Shown one piece after another: positions 63,669 to 64,000 of a stretch of DNA of 64,000 bases. The translations under genes and the position numbers were made by a program. The DNA is taken from assembly GCF_006345805.1 (NCBI RefSeq), contig NC_043007.1:43896001-43960000 (forward strand). The letters run 5' to 3'. The DNA comes from Octopus sinensis. Its lineage: Eukaryota. The number at the start of each line of letters is the position of its first letter. Within the stretch, counting starts at the first letter, position 1. The notes under the pieces are model-generated. The model searched no databases and had not been told where the DNA came from. It was given only the letters and a program-made list of their open reading frames with translations.

Positions 63669-64000
63669 TCCATCACAACAGATTGCCGTCTTCCTTTGAG
63701 ATTCCTCTATCAGATAGTGTACTAATGATATCCAGCAGTTCCAGAATGAGTGAGATGTTTTACCGTTATTTATTCACGCCGAGAGATTAAGGACATATTC
63801 TGTGACAGTTATGTCACTTCGAACCATTCCATTTTTATCACAAACAATTAAACGTTTAACGAGTAAGGCCTACTTTCCACGTCTTCACTAGATTTTTCAT
63901 TTTTTAACTTTTCATTAATGACATACAATTATTAATGCATATAATTATTTCACAACCTCCAATTACTCGTAATTTTTCAATATCTTGTATTTAGACGTTC

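Overview
This is AT-rich, microsatellite-dense eukaryotic non-genic DNA. The SINE families resemble those I recall from Octopus, which I have not verified. I found no convincing host-gene exon. The window is a mosaic of transposable elements: a near-complete Tx1/L1-group LINE (20.5-25.4 kb, minus strand), Dong/R4-type RLE LINE pieces in (TAA)n tracts, CR1- and RTE-like remnants, mariner, hAT and Helitron/Helentron relics, two tRNA-type SINE families, and fold-back elements in (TA)n tracts, at least two with hammerhead-ribozyme cores. The main finding is at 40.0-48.5 kb. Four ~2-kb minus-strand elements each encode only a gag-like LINE ORF1 (zinc knuckle, no endonuclease or RT). They are stacked head-to-tail at one 14-15-bp site (GTAAG[C]AAGCTACTT) inside the tRNA-derived head of a SINE, which they split. 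They belong to three divergent subfamilies plus one recombinant. They share a 3'-terminal motif with the Tx1 LINE in the window, a candidate 5'-UTR intron and a conserved C-terminal domain. My interpretation is a SINE-targeting, ORF1-only (HAL1-like) non-autonomous Tx1 system.
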